Source: Pirellulales bacterium (GTDB lineage Bacteria > Planctomycetota > Planctomycetia > Pirellulales > JAICIG01). Taken from it: 64,000 nt of DNA. This document shows, one piece after another, positions 17,007-25,097 of the stretch. The stretch covers positions 771-64,770 of the forward strand of contig JBBDYJ010000037.1 in the NCBI GenBank assembly GCA_040901675.1, written 5' to 3'. The notes under the pieces were generated by a model that saw only the letters and a list, made by a program, of their open reading frames with translations, made no database searches and was not told the DNA's origin. Every line of letters begins with the position of its first letter. The first letter of the stretch is position 1. Position numbers and translations under genes: made by a program.

Positions 17007-18275
17007 TCAGGTCAGCTCGAAATCGACCGAGTGTACGCCGTGCCAGCCGTAGCCGGCGGGGTTCCAGCCGATGGCGCCGTCGAGCGGCTGGCCGCGGCCT
17101 TGAGCATCGATGGCCCGGGCCAGCAGGCGTTGTTTGCCGCGAGGCAGCGTCAGCGTAGTCCGCCAATGATACCAGGCATAGGGGCTGGCGGGCGCTTTCA
17201 GCTCGGTCCGCCGCCACGTGCCAGCGCCGTCGGTTGAGACCTCGACCGACACGATCCGGGCCGCACCGTCGTTGAAGGCGACTCCGCGGACGTCGACCGC
17301 GCCGGCGGCGAGCCGCTCGCCTTCCAAGGGGGCGAAGACGACGCTCTTGATCGGCATCCGCCAGTTGGGCTCGCTGTTGGCCAGGCCGTACTCGAACGGG
17401 CTGCCCGGGGCGATGGGCACGAGCGGAGTGCGGTAGCGCCGCACCTGGTGATGGTTGTGCGTCTCGCGGGCCTCGAACCGGAGCCGGTGCAGCCATTTGA
17501 TGTTCATCGTTCCGTAGTAGCCGGGCGTCACGAGGCGGACTGGGCCGCCGTGGACCGCGGGCAACGCTTCGCCGTTCATGGTGATGGCCAGTAAGGAGCG
17601 GCCGAGGGCGTCGGGCAGGGGGATGCTGTGCTCGAAGTCGGCGCCCTGCGGGTCGGACGCACCATCCTTGCCCTCGGCGGTGAGGAATCTGGCCTCGGGG
17701 TCCACGTTCAAGCCGAGTGCGTCGACGATCGTTTGCAGCCGCACCCCGCCGAAGCGGACATTGCCCATCGCTCCGTGCTGCCATTGGCTTCCCTTGGCGG
17801 GCGCCGAGCGTGAAAACAGGGCCCGGCCATTGCCGGAGCACTGCAGCACCATCTCGACCTCGACCTGCTCCATGCGGGCCAGGTCGGCGGCGCTGAACGT
17901 CCGCGGGCTGGCGGCCAGACCAGCCAACTGGACCGTCCAGCCGGCGGAGCCGGCGGGCTCGGTGGTCCGCGTGTCCGGCAGTTCCTGGTTGTTGCGGACG
18001 AAGAGCACGGTCTTCGGAGTGAGATCGTGCTTGCGCAACCAGGCCAGCGGAGTTTCCAGCTCGACGGTCTTGGTGTTGTGGACAACCAGCCGGCGGTCCT
18101 TACCGGCCACGATTTCACCCGCGCCGCCCTCGCCCGGCTCGGCGGCAAGCGGACCTCTGCCATCCAGCATCGCGGCGGCCACCAGGCCCGCCGCCGCTCG
18201 CTTGAGGAGCGTGCGCCGCTCGAGCGGTTCAGCTTCCCTCTTACCGGTCAGCCATTCAATTGCGTGATCAGCCAT
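17007..18275 (-). CDS. Tat-exported molybdopterin oxidoreductase, sulfite oxidase/SorA-like
   Basis: Start at ATG 18275 (GGAGAAAG upstream). Tat signal LERRTLLKRAAAGLVAAAML. Moco cysteine context VLQCSGNGRALF. C-terminal dimerisation-like domain. The track ORF extension to 18485 is not supported. Confidence 0.8.
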   Translation of the reverse strand: MADHAIEWLTGKREAEPLERRTLLKRAAAGLVAAAMLDGRGPLAAEPGEGGAGEIVAGKDRRLVVHNTKTVELETPLAWLRKHDLTPKTVLFVRNNQELPDTRTTEPAGSAGWTVQLAGLAASPRTFSAADLARMEQVEVEMVLQCSGNGRALFSRSAPAKGSQWQHGAMGNVRFGGVRLQTIVDALGLNVDPEARFLTAEGKDGASDPQGADFEHSIPLPDALGRSLLAITMNGEALPAVHGGPVRLVTPGYYGTMNIKWLHRLRFEARETHNHHQVRRYRTPLVPIAPGSPFEYGLANSEPNWRMPIKSVVFAPLEGERLAAGAVDVRGVAFNDGAARIVSVEVSTDGAGTWRRTELKAPASPYAWYHWRTTLTLPRGKQRLLARAIDAQGRGQPLDGAIGWNPAGYGWHGVHSVDFELT

Positions 18276-18399
18276 CGCGGGAACTTCTTTCTCCAATCGG
18301 GCGCGGCGAGCCCCTGCGTTCGAGTATCGCACTGGCAAGCCAGGCCGGCAGCCGGAGCGCGTCGACAGCCGGAGCGGGCGGGAACTACTGACGAGAGAG

Positions 18400-19146
18400 T
18401 CAAGGCGCTCCTTTAGATGGTCTAATCGGTTCGGCTTGATGCCGGGTCCCCTGTTGTTGCTCCAGCTCACCCACAAGCCTTTCAAGCTGATCCCTTCCCG
18501 GACCTTCGTACCGCGCTGCGACCTCCTTCAAAAGGTTAGCGTCTTCCGCTCCATCAACGTTGTGTAACTCGCGGTACCAAGCCGTTACCGTACCTTCTTT
18601 GAGCGGCAGATAGGTCCAGCGGCCGTCCTTGAGGATGCACAGTGTATTGCGTCTCGCAGACACTCGCGTGGAATAAGGCGAGCCGTCCATCAGGACCGCA
18701 GTTGACGGACTCGCGCCTCGTATGGGATAGATCATCCCGTGGTAGCGCGCGCTACGGTCCCCCGACACAATAACAACCAACATGTTCAGACTAAAGTCCG
18801 GGAATCCAGAGGTCCCCCTCCGATCACACAGTGGTCGGATTGTTCGCCATACGGGCAGTGGTTCAAAATCAGCATGCGACCCGTAATCTTCGTGAAAAAG
18901 CGGCCGCCTCAAAGCCAAAGAGCCAAGCGCCGCTGCAATGCAAATCAGCGTCATTGCCGGCACGGCTATGCTTAGGCGATAGCAACCTAATAATCCTGGA
19001 CCAGCGCGGCACAACCGGGAGATGGTCCATGAAGCACCCCCAACGAAATGGCGGTACGCCACGACGGCTATACTCCGCATACTCTTCGGTCCCATTTTCA
19101 CCTCCGCGCTAAGGCCGCACGACTTGTACCAATGTGTACTCCGCAC
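18400..19146 (-). CDS. hypothetical protein in a lower-GC segment (start uncertain; ATG 19080 or 18954 also possible)
   Basis: Only long ORF in the region. One hydrophobic segment (MTLICIAAALGSLAL). Two 60-nt samples give about 55% GC against a mid-60s background. No recognisable motif. Confidence 0.35.
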   Translation of the reverse strand: MRSTHWYKSCGLSAEVKMGPKSMRSIAVVAYRHFVGGASWTISRLCRAGPGLLGCYRLSIAVPAMTLICIAAALGSLALRRPLFHEDYGSHADFEPLPVWRTIRPLCDRRGTSGFPDFSLNMLVVIVSGDRSARYHGMIYPIRGASPSTAVLMDGSPYSTRVSARRNTLCILKDGRWTYLPLKEGTVTAWYRELHNVDGAEDANLLKEVAARYEGPGRDQLERLVGELEQQQGTRHQAEPIRPSKGAP

Positions 19147-19162
19147 GTAGCCCTATTATTAT

Positions 19163-20404
19163 CTAAGGATTGCTGTTCGCAGCCCAGCGGAGCTTGTCCC
19201 AGTCGAGCGGACGACGGCAATCGAGGCGCGGGATGTCGGAGCGCATAGCCTCGGGGTATTTTTGCGCGGCACCCGTGTTGAAGATGACGACGTGTTCATC
19301 GGCTCCGATCCAGCCCTCTCGCGACAGCTTTTCCAGGGCGCCGACGCAGGCGGCTGTTTCCGGGCAAATTGAAATGCCTTCCAGGCCGCAGGCCAAGCGC
19401 ATCCACTCGGCGATACGCCCTTCCTCGACCGCGACGGCGGTGCCGCCGCTGGCGCGGAGCGCGTCGAGGATCATGAAATCCCCGATGGCCGAGGGCACGC
19501 GGATGCCGCTGGCCACCGTGGCGGCGCCGGCAAACGATTCGGCAAACCGCTGGCCGGCCTCGAAGGCGCGCACGATCGGCGGGCAGCCGTCGGACTGCAC
19601 GGCCACCATCCGAGGCCGCCGCTCGCCGGCCAGCCAGCCCAACTGGGCCAACTCGTCGAACGCCTTCCACATGCCGATCAAGCCGGTGCCGCCTCCCGTG
19701 GGGTAGAGGATCACGTCGGGCAGCCGCCAATCGAGCTGCTCGGCCAGCTCCAAGCCCATCGTCTTCTTGCCCTCGATGCGATAGGGCTCCTTGAGCGTCG
19801 ACAGGTCGAACCACGCGAGCGGCTCCTTTCCCTCGGCCACGATCCGGCCGCAATCGGTGATCAGGCCGTTGACCAGAAAGGTGCGCGCGCCGGCCAGCAG
19901 GCACTCGAGCTGGTTGATCGAGGGCGTGTCGTCGGGCATGAAGACGTAGGCTTCCATGCCGGCCCTGGCCGCGTAAGCCGCCATCGCCCCGCCGGCATTG
20001 CCCGCGGTGGGGATCGCCAGCCGGCGGATGCCAAAATGCCTGGCCATGCTGACGGCCATCGCCAGGCCGCGGCTCTTGAAGCTGCCGGTGGGCAGGCGCG
20101 ACTCGTCCTTGATCGAGACGTGCCGCAAGTTCGAGTGGGCGGCCAGCCGCGGGCAGTCGACCAGCGGCGTGATCCCTTCGCCCAGTGAGACGGCGGCGGC
20201 TTCATCCGGAACCGGCAACAGCTCTCGATATCGCCACATCGTGGAAGGCCTGCCGGCGAGCGTGCCCTTGGTCAAGACGCGCCCGACGGCTTGCAAATCG
20301 TAGCGGACCCAGAGCGGCCGGCCGTTGTGCAGCGTCTGCACGCGACCGGCATCGAGCGGCGTGCCGTCCAAGGCGCTTTCGAGGTGCGTGACGAATGAGG
20401 GCAT
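19163..20404 (-). CDS. thrC: threonine synthase
   Basis: PLP-lysine motif GSFKSRGLAMAVS, glycine-rich PLP loop YPTGGGTG, and length and overall pattern of the ThrC family. Confidence 0.88.
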   Translation of the reverse strand: MPSFVTHLESALDGTPLDAGRVQTLHNGRPLWVRYDLQAVGRVLTKGTLAGRPSTMWRYRELLPVPDEAAAVSLGEGITPLVDCPRLAAHSNLRHVSIKDESRLPTGSFKSRGLAMAVSMARHFGIRRLAIPTAGNAGGAMAAYAARAGMEAYVFMPDDTPSINQLECLLAGARTFLVNGLITDCGRIVAEGKEPLAWFDLSTLKEPYRIEGKKTMGLELAEQLDWRLPDVILYPTGGGTGLIGMWKAFDELAQLGWLAGERRPRMVAVQSDGCPPIVRAFEAGQRFAESFAGAATVASGIRVPSAIGDFMILDALRASGGTAVAVEEGRIAEWMRLACGLEGISICPETAACVGALEKLSREGWIGADEHVVIFNTGAAQKYPEAMRSDIPRLDCRRPLDWDKLRWAANSNP

Positions 20405-20413
20405 GGGTGGTCC

Positions 20414-20490
20414 GCAGCCTGGAAGCTTATGCTACGGGTCTGCAGGCTCGAAGGCTACGCTACGGTCGCAGGCTGGAAGGCTACGCTACG
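20414..20490. repeat. three tandem ~26-bp repeats (GCAGGCTGGAAGGCTACGCTACGG) followed by a purine-rich tract
   Basis: Read directly: GCAGCCTGGAAGCTTATGCTACGG / GTCTGCAGGCTCGAAGGCTACGCTACGG / TCGCAGGCTGGAAGGCTACGCTACG. A GGAGA/GGGGA-rich run extends to about 20580. Confidence 0.7.
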
Positions 20491-20658
20491 ACAATAAGGG
20501 TACAGGAGACAGGAGATAGGGGATAGGAGCAGGGGTCGCGGGGGGAGAGGGAAGAGGTAAGGACGGGAGCACGACGCTTGCGCCCCTCGACGGGCTCAGG
20601 GGTCGAGCCCGTCGAGAAGCCGCGTTTGTGATTCCTCCTTCGGCCGGACTCGGTCGTT

Positions 20659-21126
20659 CTACGGCGCAGGGGCCGCGGTGGCCGGCCGATCGGCGGCGTA
20701 GCGGAGAATGTCGCTGCGGGTGATCATGCCGACGAGCTGCGTGCCGCGAAGCACGGGAATCCGCCGGATGCGGTGCAGGATGAAGAGGCTGACGATATCG
20801 GCCAGCCCGGCCTCTTCCTGGACGGTGAGCACGTCCTTGGTCATCAGGTCGCGGACGCGGCGGGCCTTGATCTCGGGCGCGTAGATCACCTCCAGCAACT
20901 GGAACTCGCTGAGGATGCCGACCAAGGCGCCCTGCTGGTCGAGCACCGGGGCGCCGCTGATCTTCTTGTCCAGCAGGATGTGAATGGCCTCGTCGATCGT
21001 CGTGTCCGGCGACACCGCAACCATCGCTTCGTTCATCACGTCTTTTGCCTGGTACACGAACGTCTCCGCGGGGCTTGTGGGCGGCTTGGCCGGACAGCAT
21101 GGCCAGCAGGTTGTCCTCCAAACCAT
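20659..21126 (-). CDS. CBS-domain pair protein
   Basis: Two CBS-like units (DVMNEAMVAVSPDTTIDEAIHILLDKKISGAPVLD and LMTKDVLTVQEEAGLADIVSLFILHRIRRIPVL). The true start may be GTG 21057 (GGAGAC SD), giving about 132 aa. Confidence 0.7.
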   Translation of the reverse strand: MVWRTTCWPCCPAKPPTSPAETFVYQAKDVMNEAMVAVSPDTTIDEAIHILLDKKISGAPVLDQQGALVGILSEFQLLEVIYAPEIKARRVRDLMTKDVLTVQEEAGLADIVSLFILHRIRRIPVLRGTQLVGMITRSDILRYAADRPATAAPAP

Positions 21127-21192
21127 ACGTCAGCGGGAAGACGATTTGGGGGTTCGATGTTGGTTTTTCGATGGCGCCAGGCAGACTGCGGA

Positions 21193-21340
21193 CATGCGCA
21201 ATGGCCGGTGCTCGTACCGCGGGGGACCTCTCGCTGGCGCCTCGGGGTGCTCGCACGGGGGGACCGTCGCTGGCGCGTCGGCATGCGGGGGGACCTCTCG
21301 CTGGCGCGTCGGGTTAGTTTGTCATGCGCAATGGCGGGTG
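21193..21340. repeat. intergenic repeat block (CATGCGCAATGGCSGGTG x2 flanking GGGGGACCTCTCGCTGGCGCSTCGG x3)
   Basis: Read directly from the sequence between the CBS gene start and the aminopeptidase stop. Confidence 0.7.
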
Positions 21341-21401
21341 GTTGTACGGGGGGAAGCGTGCGGGCCGCCGCAGGTAATCCAGAATCCGAAGTCCAAAATC
21401 C

Positions 21402-22517
21402 CTAGAGCCCCGCGTTCAGGCCTTGGAGGTCGGCTGGGACGAACTTGCCGTCTTTGCGGATCAGTTCGCCGTCGAAATGGATCTCGCCGCCGCCCCAGGC
21501 CGGCGTCTGGATCAGCACCAGGTCCCAGTGCACGCGGCTGCGATTGCCGTTGTCGCACTCCTGGTAGGCGCTGCCGGGGGTCAGGTGGATCGATCCGCCG
21601 ATCTTCTCGTCGAACAACGTGTCGAGCATGGGCTGCCGGATGTGGTTGTTGCAGCCGATCGACCACTCGCCGATGTAGCGGGCCCCCTCGTCCGAGTCGA
21701 GTATGGCCGCCAGCTTGGCCTCGTCAGCCGCGCAGCGGGCGGTCACGATGCGGCCCTGGTGGAACTCGAACTCGATTCCGTCGAAGACGGTGCCCTGGTA
21801 GCGTGAGGGGGTGTTGTAACGGATGGCGCCGTTGACGCTGTCGCGTATCGGCGCGGTAAAGACCTCGCCGTCGGGGATATTGCGCTGCCCGTGGCAGGGG
21901 CGGACGGGCATGCCCTGAATTGAGAACTCCAGGTCGGTGCCGGGGGCCGTCAGCCGCACCCGGTCGGCGGCCAGCATGCGACGCACCAGCGGTTCCTGGT
22001 CGCGGGCCATCTGGACGTAGTCGGCCGTGCAAACCGCAAAATAGAACTCCTCGAAGGCCTCGCTGCTCATGTTGGCCGCCTGGGCCATGGCGTCGGTGGG
22101 ATAGCGGAGCACCACCCATTTGGTCTTGGGCACGCGGACCTCGCTGTGGACGGGCTGCCACCAGAGCCGCTGATACAGGTCCATCCGCTCGATGGGGACG
22201 TCGGCGAACTGGCTGCTGTTGGCGGCGCCGCGAATGCCGACATAGGCGTCGACCTGTTCCATGCGCTGCTGCTCGATCCGGCCGGCCAGCTCGAGGGCTG
22301 CTTCGCTGCCGGTGCGATAGAGCGACCTGAGCACGGCGTTGTTCTTCCAGGTGACCAGCGGGACGGCTCCCCGCTGGTGGGCCAGGTCGATCAGCCGGCA
22401 GACCAGTTCGGGGGAAGGCAGGTCGTAGGCTTCGATGAGTATTTTCTCGCCGGGCTTGAGCTGGCAGCTATGGTCCACGAGGATTTCAGCCAGGCGGTCC
22501 AGGCGTGGGTCGTGCAT
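21402..22517 (-). CDS. aminopeptidase, M29 family (AmpS/PepS-like)
   Basis: 371 aa. N-terminus MHDPRLDRLAEILVDHSCQLKPGEKILIEA and the C-terminal HLTPG.../VHWDLV pattern are typical of thermophilic-metalloprotease (M29) aminopeptidases. Confidence 0.85.
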   Translation of the reverse strand: MHDPRLDRLAEILVDHSCQLKPGEKILIEAYDLPSPELVCRLIDLAHQRGAVPLVTWKNNAVLRSLYRTGSEAALELAGRIEQQRMEQVDAYVGIRGAANSSQFADVPIERMDLYQRLWWQPVHSEVRVPKTKWVVLRYPTDAMAQAANMSSEAFEEFYFAVCTADYVQMARDQEPLVRRMLAADRVRLTAPGTDLEFSIQGMPVRPCHGQRNIPDGEVFTAPIRDSVNGAIRYNTPSRYQGTVFDGIEFEFHQGRIVTARCAADEAKLAAILDSDEGARYIGEWSIGCNNHIRQPMLDTLFDEKIGGSIHLTPGSAYQECDNGNRSRVHWDLVLIQTPAWGGGEIHFDGELIRKDGKFVPADLQGLNAGL

Positions 22518-22846
22518 GATGGGCCTCTGGTTGAGCGGAAAAACATCGTTGGGCCGCCGGCGTCAAGCGTGGCAGCCGCGGCGGCGGCGCGGGCCGCTTT
22601 TCGTTGCGACCGTTATAGCAGCGAATCCTCGTCTCGTCCGCCCCACCGGCACGACCCGCCCGGCCGGCATCCCGAGGAGGTCGGGGGGCGGCCGTTTTGA
22701 CCGGCGCGGAGGCGTGTCCTATAGGAATATAGAAACAAAGCGTTGCATTTTGCCAGCGCGATGGCGCACGGCAACCCCTTGGGTCCGCTTGGGCCGTGCG
22801 CCATTGGAGCGCGGCGTGCCGCGGCGCCCGCGTTAAAGCAAGAGCG

Positions 22847-24247
22847 ATGGAAGACCCCTCTGTCCTGAACGAAGCGGACGCTCGTTGGAGCGAGGAGTTC
22901 GCCCGCGCGTTGGCGTCGCAGCGCGAACGGGTGCGCGAGTACCTGGGCTCGTTCAGGCGGCGGCAGGAGGAGGTCGGGGGCGAGCTGAACCAGCAAGTCG
23001 CCCAGGTGGCCGAGGGATTGGCCAAGGAGCGGAGCGAGCTCAGCCAGCGGCAGACGGAGCTGGGGAGCGGACTGGCGCAACTGGAGGCCAACCAGGCAAA
23101 GCTGCGCCAGGACGAACGCGGGTTGAGCCAGCTCAAGAGCGAGCTGGAAAGCGACTCGGAAGAGCTGGCCCGCCAGCGGAAGCGGGTACAGGAGAAGCTG
23201 GCCGAGCTCGACGCCCAGCGCGAGGCGCTGGAAACCGAAGAGCGAGAGACCAAGACCCAACGCCGGCGCATCGCGCAGGAATTCGCCAAGCAGCGCCAGT
23301 CGCATCTCAAGGAACTGGACGAGCGCCGGGACGAGCTCAAGAACATCCAGGGCCGGCTGGGCGACGTCAAGCCTCTGGCGGCCGAGCTGGACGGCCTGCG
23401 GCACCAGCACGCCCGGTTGGAACGTCAACTGGCCGACATGACGGCCCAGCGCGACGAGCTGTCTGGGCGGCTGGAGTCGGCCGCCGGGCAGGCGGGTGGA
23501 TCGGGCGAAGCCGATGCGGCCCTGCGGGAAGAATGCGACCGTCTGCGCGGTCAGCTCGCCGAGGCGCGGGAGCAAGTGGCGGCGGGCGGGCCAGCCGGCG
23601 GGGAGGGAGGCAGTGAAGAGCTGGCCGACATGCAGCGCCGCTATGAGCTGGCGCTGGAAGACCTGCGCGACTTGAAAAAGCGGAACGCCGAGCTGGAAAA
23701 GCGGTCGGCCTCGGCCCCGCAGGCGGCGGGCGGCGGCGAAACGATGGACTGGGAGGCGCAGAAGCGCCGCATGCTGGCCGCACTGGAGTCGGGCGGCGAA
23801 GGCGAAGATGAATCGCAGCGGGACGAACGCCTCAAGATCAAAGAAGTGCTGCAAAAGACCGAGGCGGTCGTGGCGTCGAAGGACGAAGAGATCGCCGAGC
23901 TGAAGCAACGGCTCGAGGAGCAAAGCAGCACCTCGGGTTCGGCGTCCGCGGGCGCCGCGGCCGTGGCGGAGCTATTCTCGCAGGACGAAGTGCTCAAGAA
24001 AGAGCGCGAGCGGCTGCAGGCGCTGCAACGCGAGTGGGAAGACAAGCTTCGTCAGGCCGAGATCGATCTGTCGGTGCAGCGGGCCAAGATCGCCCGCGAA
24101 CGGGCCGAGGTGGAGGAGCGGCTCCGCGTGCTGGCGGAGCAGACCGCGCGGGGCGAGGAGGCGGTCGACACGGGCGACGGAAGGGGAAAGAAACCGCCCC
24201 GCGGCCGCTGGCTGACGCGGCTGGGACTCAAGGAACAGGACGAGTGA
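22847..24247 (+). CDS. long coiled-coil protein (SMC-like composition), hypothetical
   Basis: 466 aa from ATG 22847. Almost entirely E/R/Q/L/A heptad-like sequence. The 3' end overlaps convergent lptB by 20 nt. Confidence 0.7.
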   Translation: MEDPSVLNEADARWSEEFARALASQRERVREYLGSFRRRQEEVGGELNQQVAQVAEGLAKERSELSQRQTELGSGLAQLEANQAKLRQDERGLSQLKSELESDSEELARQRKRVQEKLAELDAQREALETEERETKTQRRRIAQEFAKQRQSHLKELDERRDELKNIQGRLGDVKPLAAELDGLRHQHARLERQLADMTAQRDELSGRLESAAGQAGGSGEADAALREECDRLRGQLAEAREQVAAGGPAGGEGGSEELADMQRRYELALEDLRDLKKRNAELEKRSASAPQAAGGGETMDWEAQKRRMLAALESGGEGEDESQRDERLKIKEVLQKTEAVVASKDEEIAELKQRLEEQSSTSGSASAGAAAVAELFSQDEVLKKERERLQALQREWEDKLRQAEIDLSVQRAKIARERAEVEERLRVLAEQTARGEEAVDTGDGRGKKPPRGRWLTRLGLKEQDE

Positions 24248-25001
24248 CCAGGGCGTGCGGGCCGGCGGGGGCCAGGGGCACCTCGATCTGTTCGCCGAAG
24301 TAGTACTTGCGGGCCTGGGGGTCGGCCAGCACTTCGGCCGGGCTGCCATGGCAGAGGACTCGGCCGGCGCGGATCACGTAACTGCGGTCGGTGATCTGCA
24401 GTGTCTCGCGGACCTGGTGGTCGGTGATGAGGATCGCGATGCCCTGCCGGCGCAGGGCTCGGATGATGTCCTGAATGCTGGCAATCGTGACCGGATCGAT
24501 GCCGGTGAAGGGCTCGTCCAAGAGGATCAGCTTGGGGTTGGAAACCAGCGAGCGGGCGATCTCCAAGCGGCGGCGCTCGCCTCCCGACAGCGAGATGGCC
24601 AGCGACTTGCGCAGGCGGGCGATATCGAACTGGGCCAACAACTCGTCGCAGCGCTTGCGGCGGGTCTTGCGGTCGACGCCCAGCATCTCCAGCATGCCCA
24701 ACAAGTTGTTCTCGACCGACAACTTGCGAAACACGCTCGATTCCTGGGCCAGGTAGCCCATGCCCCCTTGGCGCGCGCGGCGGTGCATGGGCCAGGCGGT
24801 CACGTCCAGCCCTCCCAGCATCACCTTGCCGGCGTCCGGCTCGATCATGCCGCAGGCCATGCGGAAGCTGGTGGTCTTGCCCGCGCCGTTGGGGCCCAAC
24901 AGGCCGACGATTTCGCCCCGATCGACCTGGAAATCCACGCCGTCCACGACGCGGCGGCGGCCGTAGGTCTTGACCAGCCCGTGCACTTCAAGAATCGACA
25001 T
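24228..25001 (-). CDS. lptB: LPS export ABC transporter ATP-binding protein
   Basis: Walker A GPNGAGKTT, signature LSGGERRRLEIARSL, Walker B LILLDEPF, H-loop ITDH. The N-terminus MSILEVHGLVKTYGRRRVVDGV is LptB-like. Confidence 0.88.
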   Translation of the reverse strand: MSILEVHGLVKTYGRRRVVDGVDFQVDRGEIVGLLGPNGAGKTTSFRMACGMIEPDAGKVMLGGLDVTAWPMHRRARQGGMGYLAQESSVFRKLSVENNLLGMLEMLGVDRKTRRKRCDELLAQFDIARLRKSLAISLSGGERRRLEIARSLVSNPKLILLDEPFTGIDPVTIASIQDIIRALRRQGIAILITDHQVRETLQITDRSYVIRAGRVLCHGSPAEVLADPQARKYYFGEQIEVPLAPAGPHALVTRPVP

Positions 25002-25022
25002 GGCAAGAGGTCCTCCATGACC

Positions 25023-25078
25023 GTAGAACGGAATTCATTCCGTTTGCCTGGAGCAGCGCGGAATTCATTCCGTTTCCT
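25023..25078. repeat. palindromic repeat family C, two copies (AACGGAATTCATTCCGTT core)
   Basis: GTAGAACGGAATTCATTCCGTTTGCC at 25023-25048 and GCGCGGAATTCATTCCGTTTCC at 25057-25078. The reverse complement recurs twice at 53711-53765. Confidence 0.8.
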
Positions 25079-25097
25079 TCGATAGAACGGCGCTCGT

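Noticed and set aside
22613-23923. 436-aa minus-strand ORF and other long frames (22486..23370, 22885..23616) over the coiled-coil gene
   Set aside because: Repetitive GAG/CGC/CTG-rich coding of the plus-strand coiled-coil protein keeps several frames open. Only the plus frame from 22847 gives a coherent heptad-like protein and fits the neighbouring genes.
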